The position numbers were made by a program, and so were the translations under genes. Positions 37,665 to 49,552 of a stretch of DNA of 64,000 bases are shown here, piece by piece (within the stretch, counting starts at the first letter, position 1; the number at the start of each line of letters is the position of its first letter). The notes under the pieces were generated by a model that was given only the letters and a program-made list of their open reading frames with translations, was not told the DNA's origin and did not search any database. This DNA comes from an uncultured cyanobacterium. GTDB lineage: Bacteria > Cyanobacteriota > Cyanobacteriia > Cyanobacteriales > CAWUOF01. The stretch is taken from the NCBI GenBank assembly GCA_963744145.1, contig CAVUSO010000001.1:3392001-3456000 (forward strand), read 5' to 3'.

Positions 37665-40600
37665 TGATCCATCTCCGGTAAACGAATTTCAACAGTCACG
37701 GGAAAATTTTGAGCTTTCCCTCGTAATTTATAACGTTTTGGTAACATTTGTTCGATCACACGAGATTCTTCGATTTTGAGGAAATCTAGCAAATCTTGAT
37801 AATGTCTACGACGCAATTCCAATTCTTCATTCAAATTTCGTAACTTTTCTTCTTTTTGTCGCGTATCCTCAACAAATAAAGACAATTGCTGCATATCATG
37901 AAAAAGTTCATCTCTTTCCTTTTCTAATTTCTGAATAGTTGTCTCATTCATTGCCCGCTCTACTTCTTTAAAACGAGACTTAAACCGTTCTTTTTCTGCT
38001 TTGAGTGCAACTTTTCCCGTTTCTTGTAATTGAGTTTCTAAAAGCTGGGTTAACTCTTGTCCCAAAAGTTTTAAAATATCTTTAACTTCTACAGAAATTT
38101 CATCCCAAAAATCCCGTGCTTTCTCCACATCAACCGAAGTAACCGAACGTTTAGATACATAATCATCTCCAGCAGCAAGATGAGGTAATCTTTCTCCTAA
38201 TTCTCTATTTTTAATGATCAACCTAACAGTTCTGACCCAATGATGGAAAGGTTCCCGCAATTCATTTACTGCTAACTCTTCCACAGTTAACAATAGTAAA
38301 GCATCTGCACCTTCTGGTACTTCTCCATATCTTACCGTCCAACGGGATAGGGTTTGACTTTCAATTCCACCAGGAAATCTCGCTCTAGCGAACATCGCTA
38401 ATGCTTGATGAAATAGGGGATGACCTAAATGTAATAATACGGTATCTTTGGCTGGACGAAAAACAGGTCTGTGGTTAATAATTTGGATAAAATGTTTATA
38501 ATCAAATACCAAAGCAGGTAATGCTCCTGGTTGACCATTGGCTGCTTCTTGACGTAAATAATCATTAATTAAAGGTTCCCATTTCGGTGGAATTGGTATT
38601 CGCAATCGGAGTTTACCTTGTGGATCTGGTCCGTCAAATCTGGGTAATCCTATCCCCAACCCTAAAGCAATTTCTAAGGTACTTTTCAAGGTTTCAGGAC
38701 TTAAATCAATCTCTCGCTCTAACTGTTTTAATAGGTTTGCTTCTTCCCTTCCCATTTCCACTTGTTCATAGCGAGGAATTTCGGTGCGTCCCCGTCGTTT
38801 TTGTACCGCTTCATCTAAACTAACCAAAACGGTATTAGTATCTTCTAAATTAATAAATCTTCGTTGAAAAGCAGCATCGAAGACTTCTCCCATTGAACCC
38901 AATTCTTCTCGAATAGTATTGACTTTTTCTACGACATTTGCTAAGAATTTCAGATCAGCATCATCTTCACTGGTAAAGTGAAAAACAATCACATCTCTTG
39001 CTTGTCCGTGCCGATCTAAACGTCCATTTCTTTGGTCAAGTCGAGCCGGATTCCAAGGAATATCATAATGGAGAATCAGATGAGCAGTTTCTTGTAAATT
39101 CAATCCTTCTGATGCTGCATCTGTAGCAATTAAAATCCGGATTGGATCATCTGGATCATTAAATGCTTGCTTAATCTTTTCTCGTTCTTGATCTGGTAAA
39201 CCACCATATAATATTTGCACTGCTAACCCATCTTTTGGAAAAGTTGCTTTTAGTCGGTATTCTAAATAATCTAGGGTAGTTTTATATTCAGTAAAAATCA
39301 CCAAGCGTTGATTAGATTCCCACTCATTGCCATTCCACAATTGTTTTTTAATTACCTTTAATAATCTTTCCCAACGTTCATCTGCTGCTGGATTGAGAAG
39401 AAAATTATCCTCTTTTCGTACTAACCCTAAATTTACTAAAGCTGTATCAATATGAGTGATTTCTTCGGTTAGATGAGGTACAAAAGGTTTTAACCAAGCA
39501 CCTGTAGTTTTAGCAGCGTGTTGTAAACGACCTTCGGTTTCACGGTCATCATCTAAATCTGCTAAAGTTGCTTTTTTCGCTGCTTGAACTTCGGCTAATT
39601 CTGCTGATTCTGTTTGCGCGATTCCATCCTTAAATCGATACCAAGAATGGGCGAAAGTATAAGGACAGGAAAGTAAACGTTTATTTAAAACTTCAATCGC
39701 AAAAGATCCTGCTAATTGTTCAGTTTTCTTAGTAGCAGCGATCAGAGTTTTTACCGCAATCCGAAATTCAGAAAATGCCCTGGACAGTCTTTTTTCCAAA
39801 ATTCCAAAATAAAGAGGAACAGGTTCAGGAATGCGATCGCAAAATCGACGGATATTTCCTGCGCTTTCATCTAATTCATTAATCTCCCGTTTTAACCGAC
39901 GTACCACTACCTCACCGATCCGCTGTTTCACCACCTCATTAAAATCACTGGTTTGATTAAATCTGACCGGATCAAGTTGTTCCAGTAACCCAGAAAAACA
40001 CCGAGTATGTCCATTGTGAGGAGTAGCAGTCAGAAATAATTTATGCTCAAACCAAGGAGAAAGCGATCGCAACATTTTCGCTAAATCACTATCTTCACCA
40101 AAATTAGCAGGCATTAAATTATGCGCTTCATCTACAATTAATAAATCCCAAGGTAATTGAGCCGAACCTTCTGGTTGTCCACAAGCTGCTCGAAACTGTT
40201 CTAAAATATCTGGTTGTCGTAAATAATGATAAGATGTAATAATCCCGGATAAGTACACCAAGGATTAGCATCTAAACCCAATCTTTTTTGCAAAGTATGA
40301 GTTTCTGCCCGATCAATTATATCAAAACTTAAAGAAAACTTACCCTTCATTTCCTGTTGCCATTGTTTACGAAGTGCCGCAGGAGAAATAATTAATACCC
40401 GTCGAATTCGTCGTCTTAAAAGTAATTCAGTTAAAATTAATCCAGCTTCAACCGTTTTTCCCAATCCCACATCATCAGCCAATAATAACGAAATCCGGGG
40501 CATCTTTAATGCTTTTACGAGCGGCACTAATTGGAAATCTTCTACCTGTAAAGCACCAAAAAAAGGAGCAGCGATCGCTAAATTAACACTAACAGAACGA

Positions 40601-40956
40601 TCGGGATTAAGAAAATTTGCCAGTGCTGTCCAACGAGTAGCGCGTTGTAGCGCATCAAAATCAGGACTACTCATGGTTGGTTCTATTGCTACTTGTGGTA
40701 AAGCTGTAGGTTCTAAAAGTGTTGCACCTATTTCCCTTTCCCAAATAACGGTATCTTCTGCTACTCCATCATAATCCGTATATTCCAGACGAACTAAGTG
40801 AAGTCTACCTTCTATGCTGCCATCAAATGGTTCTACTGCTGCTATTAAAGCACGTCGGTGACGAACAGTGGCAAGCATTCCTACTCGCGGGGAACCATTA
40901 AAATTTGGTACTTGACTTTTTGCCATTATGTCAAAAAAGTTAGCTATAATTAACAT
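37661..40956 (-). CDS. DrmD-like SNF2 ATPase, split by an apparent single-base frameshift near 40245
   Basis: ADDVGLGKTVEAG, DEAHNL, LTATPHNG, ATDAASEGLNLQ, QRNGRLDRHGQ; ORFs 40201-40956 and 37661-40261 join as NPWCTYP[x]IITSYHYL; stop overlaps the MTase start (ATGA). Confidence 0.85.
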
Positions 40957-40995
40957 ATTAACGCTCTTGGGAGCATCGCTAACAAAAAATTTCTA

Positions 40996-41795
40996 ATGCA
41001 CACTTGGCACTGGCATTTTTGGCAAGAACTTCCTTATCTCACTTGTAGTTGGTTAGAACCTTGGCCCACGCCTTTTTTACCCAACAATTTTGGCCCCAAC
41101 CTCCCCAAAAATTGGTGGAAATATTGCAACCTACTGCTGAAGTTTACCGCGTTAAGCAAGTACATGGTAATCGGGTAATTAATCCTAGCGAAGTTACCCC
41201 TATATTGCAGCTAGAAGTAGCATCGGAAACTTTGGCTGAAGCTGACGCGATTGTAACTGAGATTCCCAATCAAGCAGCATGGGTTTGTAGTGCGGACTGT
41301 GGACCTGTATTAATTGCGGATGCTCAAACTGGACAGGTAGCTGCAATTCATGCTGGTTGGAGGGGAACTGCGGCGAAAATTGTGCCGATCGCGATCGCCA
41401 GATTATTAGCACAAGGTTCTCAATTAGAACATCTGCGGATCGCGATCGGACCAGCAATTTCTGGAGAAGTTTATCAAGTCTCTGTAGATGTAGCAGCTCA
41501 AGTAGGTGCGACGATTATTCCCCCAGATTCAGCACAGACAACATCATCAATTTTAGAGGCTTTAAATCACATTCCTCATCCCCCAATTTTACCCGATCCA
41601 GAACCAGGAAAAGTCCGTTTAGATGTGCGACGAGCGATCGCTTTGCAATTAGAACAGTTAGGTATTGAATTAGCCCAAATTGCGATCGCTCCCTATTGTA
41701 CTTATCAAAATCCAGAACATTTCTTTTCCTACCGTCGTGATGGTTTGAAAAAAGTGCAATGGTCTGGTATTGTTAGTAAGAACAGCCGCGTCTAA
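40996..41795 (+). CDS. pgeF: Peptidoglycan editing factor PgeF (YfiH-like); apparent frameshift near 41066
   Basis: QVHGN, ADC.PVL, IHAGWRG, IGPAI, FFSYRRDG; N-terminus MHTWHW...LEPW joins HAFFTQQF if one C is added to ggccc. Confidence 0.88.
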
Positions 41796-42838
41796 TTTAA
41801 TTTAGCTGCATGAGCTGCGGCTCCGATCAGTCCAACTTGAGGATTACGCACAATATGTACAGGGATATTTTTTAAGAGATTAGACATTCTCCCTTTTTGG
41901 GTAAATGCTTTGAGAAAACTACCTTCTTGGATTAAGGGAAGGATTTTAGTAACAATTCCTCCAGCTACATATAAACCTCCATAAGGTAAGAGTTTAAGTG
42001 CTAAATTTCCCGCTTCTGCTCCATAAGCTTCAATAAAGATTTGCATAGCTTGTTCAGATAACCGATCGCTTTTTGCTAGTGCGGCAGCAGAAATTGCGGC
42101 GGCAGGATCTACACTTTTATTTGTCTCTCGACTTTCCATTTCCCAAGTCTTGACGATCGCTTGGATTTCTGGTGATTCCACGGCAAAATTAATATCTCGC
42201 AAAAATTGATAAATCCAGATAATCCCTTGACCACAAACAATTCTTTCCACCGAAACACGTTGTAGTTTATATTGATGGCGTAAATATTGCAATAATTGAA
42301 ATTCGATTTCCGAACGTGGAGCAAAATCTGCGTGTCCCCCTTCTGTCCCATAGACGCGATAACTATTTCCTTGGGAAATCGCAAATCCTTCTCCTAAACC
42401 TGTCCCAGCACCCAAAATCGCAATTGGTGCATCTGGGTTGAGTTCTCCTGATTGTAAGGTAAATAAATCAGTCTCAGGTAAAATTCCGACTCCATACCCG
42501 ATCGCTACAAAGTCATTGATTAAGCTAACTTGGGCAATTCCCAGTTCTTGTTTTAGACGTGAGGTCGTAAGCTGGGGCCAATTCAAGTTAGTCAAGATGC
42601 TACTATGATTGATGACCGGACCAGCGATCGCCAAACAAGCTTTCGTGGGTTGGGTATTATATCCTAAAACAGTTGTTGCTGTTTGTAAAAATTGCTGCAC
42701 TATTGGCACTAGGTCTGGAAATTCATTACTTATATATTGATTTTCATATTGTGTTGACAATGTTTTCCCATCGTTAGTTTCGACTAAGCGCAAAATAGTC
42801 TTTGTTCCCCCAATATCCCCAGCAATCAACAATCCCAT
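41792..42838 (-). CDS. glk: Glucokinase
   Basis: AGDIGGTKT, INDFVA, GAGTGLG, EGGHADF, GGLYVAGGI. Confidence 0.95.
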   Translation of the reverse strand: MGLLIAGDIGGTKTILRLVETNDGKTLSTQYENQYISNEFPDLVPIVQQFLQTATTVLGYNTQPTKACLAIAGPVINHSSILTNLNWPQLTTSRLKQELGIAQVSLINDFVAIGYGVGILPETDLFTLQSGELNPDAPIAILGAGTGLGEGFAISQGNSYRVYGTEGGHADFAPRSEIEFQLLQYLRHQYKLQRVSVERIVCGQGIIWIYQFLRDINFAVESPEIQAIVKTWEMESRETNKSVDPAAAISAAALAKSDRLSEQAMQIFIEAYGAEAGNLALKLLPYGGLYVAGGIVTKILPLIQEGSFLKAFTQKGRMSNLLKNIPVHIVRNPQVGLIGAAAHAAKLN

Positions 42839-42847
42839 GATTTATTT

Positions 42848-43537
42848 CTAATTGATTAATTTCTCTACAGGACTAACTTTAGCACGCCACAGCAGTTTTT
42901 CACCTTGTTTATATCCAGCATAACGTATTTTTACCAATTCTCCCGGTGCCACATTTCCTTCCATGAGCTGATGAATTTGGGGATGGTAGGGAACTTCTGA
43001 CCCAATTTCCGCGATCGTCTGTACTCCCCATGTTTGCAAAAGTCTTTCTAATGGTTTGACTAAGGGAATTAATCGGAGCGCAGGTAAATCTGGATTTGCT
43101 TGTGCTTTATTTACTGCTGTGGGCCATTGCAAAAGCCAAGATTCTAAGATTTGTAAAGTAGATTGTTGAAATTCTTGTTGCAAAGATACTTTTTGCTGTA
43201 CCATCTGTTCTTGGAGACGAGAATATTCTTGTGCTAGTTTTACTGATAATAATTCTAGTTCTGCCTCATCTTTTAAATCAGGAACTGACGTTAAGGAATT
43301 CAATAGCTTATTCAGAGTAATTTGTAAAGCGGCACTAACTTTTAGTAATATATCTACCCTAGTTTGTAATACCAATCCTTGTTGAAGTCGCCAAAGCTGT
43401 AATTCAGAAACACCAGCTTTTTTGCTCAATTCTTCTAAGCTGGAAATACCGACTTCTTGCATCAAATCTTCTAACTTATACCGGGGATCTTGATTAGAAA
43501 AGTTCATCATTGCTGGAAGTATTTTCGATGTTATCAA
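42848..43537 (-). CDS. XRE-type HTH protein with a GrpE-like C-terminus
   Basis: N-terminal HTH (SLEELSKKAGVSELQLWRL), coiled coil, GrpE-like YHPQIHQ...VKIRYAGY...AKVS; start may be ~43510. Confidence 0.7.
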   Translation of the reverse strand: MITSKILPAMMNFSNQDPRYKLEDLMQEVGISSLEELSKKAGVSELQLWRLQQGLVLQTRVDILLKVSAALQITLNKLLNSLTSVPDLKDEAELELLSVKLAQEYSRLQEQMVQQKVSLQQEFQQSTLQILESWLLQWPTAVNKAQANPDLPALRLIPLVKPLERLLQTWGVQTIAEIGSEVPYHPQIHQLMEGNVAPGELVKIRYAGYKQGEKLLWRAKVSPVEKLIN

Positions 43538-43572
43538 TATTTTTTTAATCTAGGAGAAGAAATTAATCAGCA

Positions 43573-43606
43573 AAGGTAGGGACAATTTATAAATTATCCC
43601 TACCTT
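43573..43606. terminator. REP-like hairpin downstream of dps
   Basis: aaggtagggacaattt-at-aaattatccctacctt inverted repeat. Confidence 0.5.
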
Positions 43607-43649
43607 AAATTTTAGTTTACCTTAAGTAGATTGTGATGATGAATTGAGA

Positions 43650-44120
43650 TTAAGATTCTAGTAAGCTTCTCAGCATCCAGGCATTTTTCTCATGTAATTG
43701 CATCCGTTGAGTGAGTAAATCTGCTGTGGGTTCATCATTAACTTTTTCAACCGCAGGGAAGAGCGAACGTGCAGTCCGTACTACCGCTTCTTGTCCTTCG
43801 ACGAGCAGACGAATCATTTCTTCAGCTTTGGGAACTCCTGTGGTTTCTGGAATTGAACTCAGTTGTACAAAGTCCGTGTAAGTACCAGGTGCAGGAAATC
43901 CTAAAGCACGAATACGTTCTGCAATTAAGTCTACACCTAAAGCTAATTCTGTATATTGGGTTTCAAACATTAAGTGCAATGTTTGGAACATCGGTCCAGT
44001 TACATTCCAATGGAAGTTGTGAGTTTTGAGGTATAGACTGTAGGTGTCAGCAAGAAGTCGGGACAAACCTTCCGCTATTTCCGCTCGATCTTTCTGATCA
44101 ATTCCGATGTTAACTTTCAT
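43650..44120 (-). CDS. dps: Dps family ferritin-like DNA-binding protein
   Basis: [38 protein letters not shown]. Confidence 0.95.
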   Translation of the reverse strand: MKVNIGIDQKDRAEIAEGLSRLLADTYSLYLKTHNFHWNVTGPMFQTLHLMFETQYTELALGVDLIAERIRALGFPAPGTYTDFVQLSSIPETTGVPKAEEMIRLLVEGQEAVVRTARSLFPAVEKVNDEPTADLLTQRMQLHEKNAWMLRSLLES

Positions 44121-44392
44121 GTTTGTCTTTGGATAAACTTTGAGCAGATGATTACTAGGTAAATCATAGTCGTTATGACTTTATTTTGCCAAAGGAGGTA
44201 TGACAGAAACCAGTTTCCGACCAAAGACTATAGTAAAATATCTGAATCATAATGCAGAAGTGGATTTTTTGGTAAATTTATTGGTAAATGGTTAGAGCGA
44301 ACGAGTGATCGCTCACCCGAGGGGAAAAGATCTCAGAAAAATAAACCATCGGTCGATCAAAGTTAGGAATCAGAAGTAGCTAAAATAGCTAT

Positions 44393-47300
44393 ATGTCCCA
44401 AATCAATCCACATTCTCAGTCATTAACCGACCAGTCCTTACTGGTCGAGCGACCAACAATTATCTTAATTGATGGTCATTCGTTAGCTTTTCGCTCCTAT
44501 TACGCTTTTGCTAAAAGTGGAAAGGGAGGTTTACGGACTAAAACGGGAATACCCACCAGTGTTTGTTTTGGGTTTCTCAAATCACTTCTGGAAGTAATGA
44601 CAGCTTATCATCCGCAATATTTAGCGATCGCGTTTGATTTGGGGTTACCAACATTTCGTCATGAAGCTGATGATACCTATAAAGCCGATCGAGTTGATAC
44701 TCCGGAAGACTTTATTATTGATTTAGAAAACCTCCAGGAATTACTGAGTGGTTTGAATTTACCGATTTTTACTGCTCCAGGTTACGAAGCAGATGATATT
44801 TTGGGAACATTAGCACAAAGAGCAAGTAGTGCTGGGTATATTGTCAAAATCCTGACAGGTGATCAAGATTTATTCCAACTGGTCGATCGGGAAAAAAATA
44901 TTATAGTTTTACGTTTGGGTAGAGACGCATTTGGACGTTCTGGGACAGGAATTGCTCAAGAATATGGACCAGAAGAAGTTAAGGAAAAATTGGGAATAGC
45001 ACCCACCCAAGTAGTTGATTATAAAGCACTTTGTGGTGACCCATCTGATCAGATTCCGGGAGTGAAGGGAATTGGTGAAAAAACCGCAGTACAATTATTA
45101 ACCACCTACTCTTCCCTAGATGGAATTTATGGAGCGATCGATCAGATTAAGGGAGCTGTAAAACAGAAGTTGATTAACGGAAAAGATAGTGCTTATCATT
45201 CTCAATATTTAGCCAAAATTGTGGTAGATATACCCTTAGATATTGAGTTAGCAGATTGTTACCTTCAGGGTTTCGATAGTGCTGCTTTAATTCCGGTTTT
45301 GGAAAAGTTAGAGTTTAAACACTTTTTAAAACAAATTAACCAGCTACAGCAGAAATTTGGTGGAAATGTATCTGTTCCTCCAGGGGAGGATAATCCAGTT
45401 GTTCCAGTAAAAGATCAGGGAAAATCTCTAGCTGCTCTAGACAATAGTGCAGAAAATCCAGTTTCTACTGGAGAAAATAGTAGTAGTCAGGTAAAAAATC
45501 TAGACTCATCTAATAACATTCAACTGGAGTTATTTTCCGTTGAAACTCAACAGGAAATCGAATCATTACCACTAGAAATGGTAAATATTCCAGGGAATGT
45601 ACCAATTAAACCGCAAATAATTGATACAGAAGAAAAGTTAATTAAATTAGTGAAAATTTTAGAGACTTGTACTGATCCTAATACTCCGGTAGCTTGGGAT
45701 ACAGAAACAACTAATTTAAAACCCCGTGATGCAAAATTAGTTGGGATTGGTTGTTGTTGGGGAGCAGGAATTGAGGATGTTGCTTATATTCCCATGAATC
45801 ACAAGGGAGAAGGAAATTTAGAGGAACAAATTGTATTAGCAAGATTACGGGGAATTTTAGAAAGTCCCAGGTATCCCAAGGTGTTGCAAAATGCTAAATT
45901 CGATCGGTTGATATTTCGCTGTCAGGGAATTAAGTTAGATGGAGTGGTATTTGATACCATGTTAGCAAGTTATGTGATCAATCCAGAACAAACTCATAAT
46001 CTCGCTGACTTATCTCAGCGTTATCTTTCAGGGGTTGAATCACAAAGTTATGAATCGTTAAATATACCGAAGGGGAGAAATATTGCTGATGTCGATATTG
46101 CGACGGTAGCAAATTATTGTGGGATGGATGTTTATCCGACTTTTCTCTTAGTGTCTAAATTACGAGCAGAAATAGAACATAGTGATCAACTGACAGAAGT
46201 GTTAAAATTAGAAATAGCATTAGAACCTGTGTTAGCTGAGATGGAATATACTGGGATAAGGATTGATGTTGCTTATTTACAAGAATTGTCCCAATCTTGG
46301 TCAGCAGAATTACAACAGCTAGAACAAGAAGCTCATCAAATTGCAGGAGAAAAGTTTAATTTAGGTTCCCCCAAACAGTTAAGTCGAATTTTATTTGATC
46401 AACTTAAGTTACCAACTAGCAAATCTCGCAAGATTAAAACTGGTTGGTCTACTGATGTGGTAGTTTTAGAAAAATTACAAGGAGAACATCCAATTATTGA
46501 TGTAATTTTAAAACATCGGACTTACTCGAAGTTAAAATCTACTTATGTGGATGCTTTACCAGAGATGGTACACCCAGATACAGGAAGAGTACATACGGAT
46601 TTTAATCAGACAGTTACAGGGACAGGAAGATTATCTTCTTCTAATCCAAATTTGCAAAATATTCCCATTCGGACTGATTTTTCCCGTCGGATTCGGAAAG
46701 CGTTTTTACCTGAGTCCAATTGGTTATTAGTCTCGGTTGACTATTCTCAAATTGAATTGCGTATTTTAGCACATTTGAGTCAAGAACCAGTATTAATTGA
46801 TGCTTATAATCAGAATCAGGATGTCCATACCGTGACAGCTAAATTGTTGTTTGAAAAGGATACAATTACTCCGGACGAAAGACGTTTTGGTAAGACCATT
46901 AATTTTGGGGTCATCTATGGAATGGGTGCAGCAAAATTTGCTCGTTCGGTCGGGACTAATCAGAAAGAAGGAAAGGAGTTTATTGATAAATTTTATCAGC
47001 GTTATGCTCAAGTATTTGCTTATTTAGAGCGGGTGAAAAAAGAAGCGATCGCACAAGGTTATGTAGAGACTATTTTAGGTCGTCGTCGTTATTTTAATTT
47101 TGAGAGTTCGACTCTAAGGAGACTTAAAAATCATCAACCTGAAGATATTAATCTCAACAATTTACCCCATTTGGGTCAAAATGATGCACAATTATTACGA
47201 GCTGCTGCTAATGCACCGATTCAAGGCTCAAGTGCTGATATTATTAAGTTAGCGATGGTAAAATTACAGGAAATTTTGCCAAATTATCGAGCGAGGTTGT

Positions 47301-47458
47301 TGTTACAAGTACATGATGAGTTAATTTTTGAAATTCCACCTAATGAATGGGATAATTTGCAACCGAAAATTAGGTCAGTGATGGAAAATGCGGTAGAGTT
47401 AAGTATTCCTTTGGTAGTAGATATCCATGTGGGTCAAAATTGGATGGAGACCAAATAA
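44393..47458 (+). CDS. polA: DNA polymerase I
   Basis: 5'-3' exonuclease (LIDGHS, YEADD, GDQD), 3'-5' exonuclease (WDTET), polymerase motifs DYSQIELR, KTINFGVIYG, LQVHDEL. Confidence 0.98.
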   Translation: MSQINPHSQSLTDQSLLVERPTIILIDGHSLAFRSYYAFAKSGKGGLRTKTGIPTSVCFGFLKSLLEVMTAYHPQYLAIAFDLGLPTFRHEADDTYKADRVDTPEDFIIDLENLQELLSGLNLPIFTAPGYEADDILGTLAQRASSAGYIVKILTGDQDLFQLVDREKNIIVLRLGRDAFGRSGTGIAQEYGPEEVKEKLGIAPTQVVDYKALCGDPSDQIPGVKGIGEKTAVQLLTTYSSLDGIYGAIDQIKGAVKQKLINGKDSAYHSQYLAKIVVDIPLDIELADCYLQGFDSAALIPVLEKLEFKHFLKQINQLQQKFGGNVSVPPGEDNPVVPVKDQGKSLAALDNSAENPVSTGENSSSQVKNLDSSNNIQLELFSVETQQEIESLPLEMVNIPGNVPIKPQIIDTEEKLIKLVKILETCTDPNTPVAWDTETTNLKPRDAKLVGIGCCWGAGIEDVAYIPMNHKGEGNLEEQIVLARLRGILESPRYPKVLQNAKFDRLIFRCQGIKLDGVVFDTMLASYVINPEQTHNLADLSQRYLSGVESQSYESLNIPKGRNIADVDIATVANYCGMDVYPTFLLVSKLRAEIEHSDQLTEVLKLEIALEPVLAEMEYTGIRIDVAYLQELSQSWSAELQQLEQEAHQIAGEKFNLGSPKQLSRILFDQLKLPTSKSRKIKTGWSTDVVVLEKLQGEHPIIDVILKHRTYSKLKSTYVDALPEMVHPDTGRVHTDFNQTVTGTGRLSSSNPNLQNIPIRTDFSRRIRKAFLPESNWLLVSVDYSQIELRILAHLSQEPVLIDAYNQNQDVHTVTAKLLFEKDTITPDERRFGKTINFGVIYGMGAAKFARSVGTNQKEGKEFIDKFYQRYAQVFAYLERVKKEAIAQGYVETILGRRRYFNFESSTLRRLKNHQPEDINLNNLPHLGQNDAQLLRAAANAPIQGSSADIIKLAMVKLQEILPNYRARLLLQVHDELIFEIPPNEWDNLQPKIRSVMENAVELSIPLVVDIHVGQNWMETK

Positions 47459-49251
47459 CCGCAATGCAGATCAGTGAAATGAATGGTATGAATGATCCTC
47501 AAATTAATCCGCGAGAATTAGGTCAGCTTTATGTGGATAAAGAGTATGATCTTTTGTCAGAGCGATTTATTCAAGTTTTAGAGCATTTTGAACAGCAAAC
47601 TTACCTACTCTTAGATGATAATGCTCAGTATTTTGTGAATGTGTTTGTGAAGATATTTTTGTATTTTTTTACTGATCCTGATTATACTATTGGCGATCGC
47701 TATGTGACCAGGTTTATTCAATTAAATCTCACCATTTCTAATTTAGTAGCAATGTCTAGTTTTAAAACAACAGATGCTTATTTAGAAATCTTAAAAATGC
47801 AACAACGTAATTTTGCGAAGTTTTTAACTTTATATTCAGCTCGAAATAGTGTCAAAAGCGATCGGGAAGCTATATTTACCGCAAATCCTCAGTTAGCTTG
47901 TCTGTGGTATTCCTGTTTCTGTGAAATTTATCGGAGTGGTTTAGTTAATCAAGAAGCTTATTATAATCTCCAGGAACATCTTGCTTATGAGGATGAAAGG
48001 TTAACCGATTTCTATAATATTGAAGATGTTTATTTTGGATCTACTTATATAGATAGTGATCGAGATAAGAATCTAAAGCGAAAAATCAATCAAGCAATTC
48101 AAAAAAGTCCGTTGATTACTAATATCAAAATTGCCAATAAACCTAACCCGAAAAAAATTGCAGTTATCACCTCTCTCTGGTTTTCCCAACATTCCGTTTA
48201 CCGGACTTTATCTGAATATGTTGAATCTCTTCAAGCTGATTACGATTTAACCTTAATTTACCTAGGTGGAATCAAAAATAATTTAGATATTGGTGCTTTT
48301 AAAGCAATTAGATATATTTACTTTCAAGATGGAAAACTCAATCTAGATGCAATTTTAGACAATGACTTTTTAGTAGTTTATTATCCCGATATTGGGATGA
48401 GTCTAGAGAGTATTTTGCTATCGAATTTAAGAATAGCACCAATTCAGATTTGCGGGACAGGACATCCCGTCAGCACCTCTGGTTCAGAAATTGATTATTT
48501 TATCACTGGTGATGATGTAGAAATATCGATCGGTGCAGAAAATAATTATTCGGAAAGATTAATTTTACTACCAGGATTTGGTGCGATTCATAAACCCCCC
48601 ATTTATGAAATTAAAAATATTCCAAAAGATCCCTCACAATTTATTATCAATTGTTCCTGGTACGCTCAAAAAGTCAATTATCATTTATTGGAAAAATTAC
48701 AAAGAATTGTGCGTCAATGTAAAAAAGAAATTAGATTTAGATTTTTTTCCGGACCAGCTTTAACCCGAAAAAATGATTTCTTACCTTTTGTAAAAGAGGT
48801 AGAATCAATTTTAGGTAAAGAAAGAGTTGAGGTGATACCTGCTAAACCTTATGATGACTATATGACTTTGATGGAAGCAGGAAATATTTGTCTAGAAGCT
48901 TATCATTTTGGTGGTTCTAATACCGTTGCTGATAGTTTATATTTACGCAAAGCTACAGTAGCTTTTGAGGGAAATAAATGGTATAATCGGATTGGTGCTC
49001 AGATGTTGCGATCGGTAGGATTATCAGATTTAATTGCTCGCAACGATCACGAATATATTGCTTTAGTATTAAGACTAATCCAGGATGACTTCTATCGAGA
49101 GGGAATTGAGAAAAAATTACAGCTAGTAGACCTAAATAGTACAATTTTTAGTGCCGCTAGTAAAAATAGTTTTAAACAAGCGATCGATTTTTTAATTGCT
49201 AACCACGACCAATTAAAAATGGAAAATTCTCAACATCCCATTCGGATTTAG
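47440..49251 (+). CDS. GT41/HMW1C-like protein glycosyltransferase (O-GlcNAc transferase catalytic-type, no TPR array)
   Basis: HSVYR, YPDIGM, RIAPIQ..GHPVS.G..IDYF, YSERLI.LP, F.G.NT..D motifs; start likely at 47464-47488. Confidence 0.72.
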   Translation: MDGDQITAMQISEMNGMNDPQINPRELGQLYVDKEYDLLSERFIQVLEHFEQQTYLLLDDNAQYFVNVFVKIFLYFFTDPDYTIGDRYVTRFIQLNLTISNLVAMSSFKTTDAYLEILKMQQRNFAKFLTLYSARNSVKSDREAIFTANPQLACLWYSCFCEIYRSGLVNQEAYYNLQEHLAYEDERLTDFYNIEDVYFGSTYIDSDRDKNLKRKINQAIQKSPLITNIKIANKPNPKKIAVITSLWFSQHSVYRTLSEYVESLQADYDLTLIYLGGIKNNLDIGAFKAIRYIYFQDGKLNLDAILDNDFLVVYYPDIGMSLESILLSNLRIAPIQICGTGHPVSTSGSEIDYFITGDDVEISIGAENNYSERLILLPGFGAIHKPPIYEIKNIPKDPSQFIINCSWYAQKVNYHLLEKLQRIVRQCKKEIRFRFFSGPALTRKNDFLPFVKEVESILGKERVEVIPAKPYDDYMTLMEAGNICLEAYHFGGSNTVADSLYLRKATVAFEGNKWYNRIGAQMLRSVGLSDLIARNDHEYIALVLRLIQDDFYREGIEKKLQLVDLNSTIFSAASKNSFKQAIDFLIANHDQLKMENSQHPIRI

Positions 49252-49552
49252 ATAGTTGAGTAGAGAATTATATTGGGACACTATTTAGCAGCGATCGCCC
49301 AGGTCTCAGAATTGCGATCGGTCTCAGAATTGCGATCGCGACCAGCCAAAAACACCTAAACTCTATACAGACTGGATGTTTGATTGATTTTTTGATGGGG
49401 ATGGTCTTGCTGGTGGGATGGCGATTAGTACGAGAAAATGGGAAAGTTGCCTTTTAGGTGTGCTGGTAATAATAGAGGTGAATTCAGATTTGGCCGTAGA
49501 TAAATTGACTTGTGGTGTTGCATCTGTTAAGGTAGCTGAAAGCATTGATTTA

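Noticed and set aside
49363..49545. 60-aa minus-strand ORF upstream of the leader (possible cas2 or regulator)
   Set aside because: No Cas2 motif or other recognisable feature; cannot be supported
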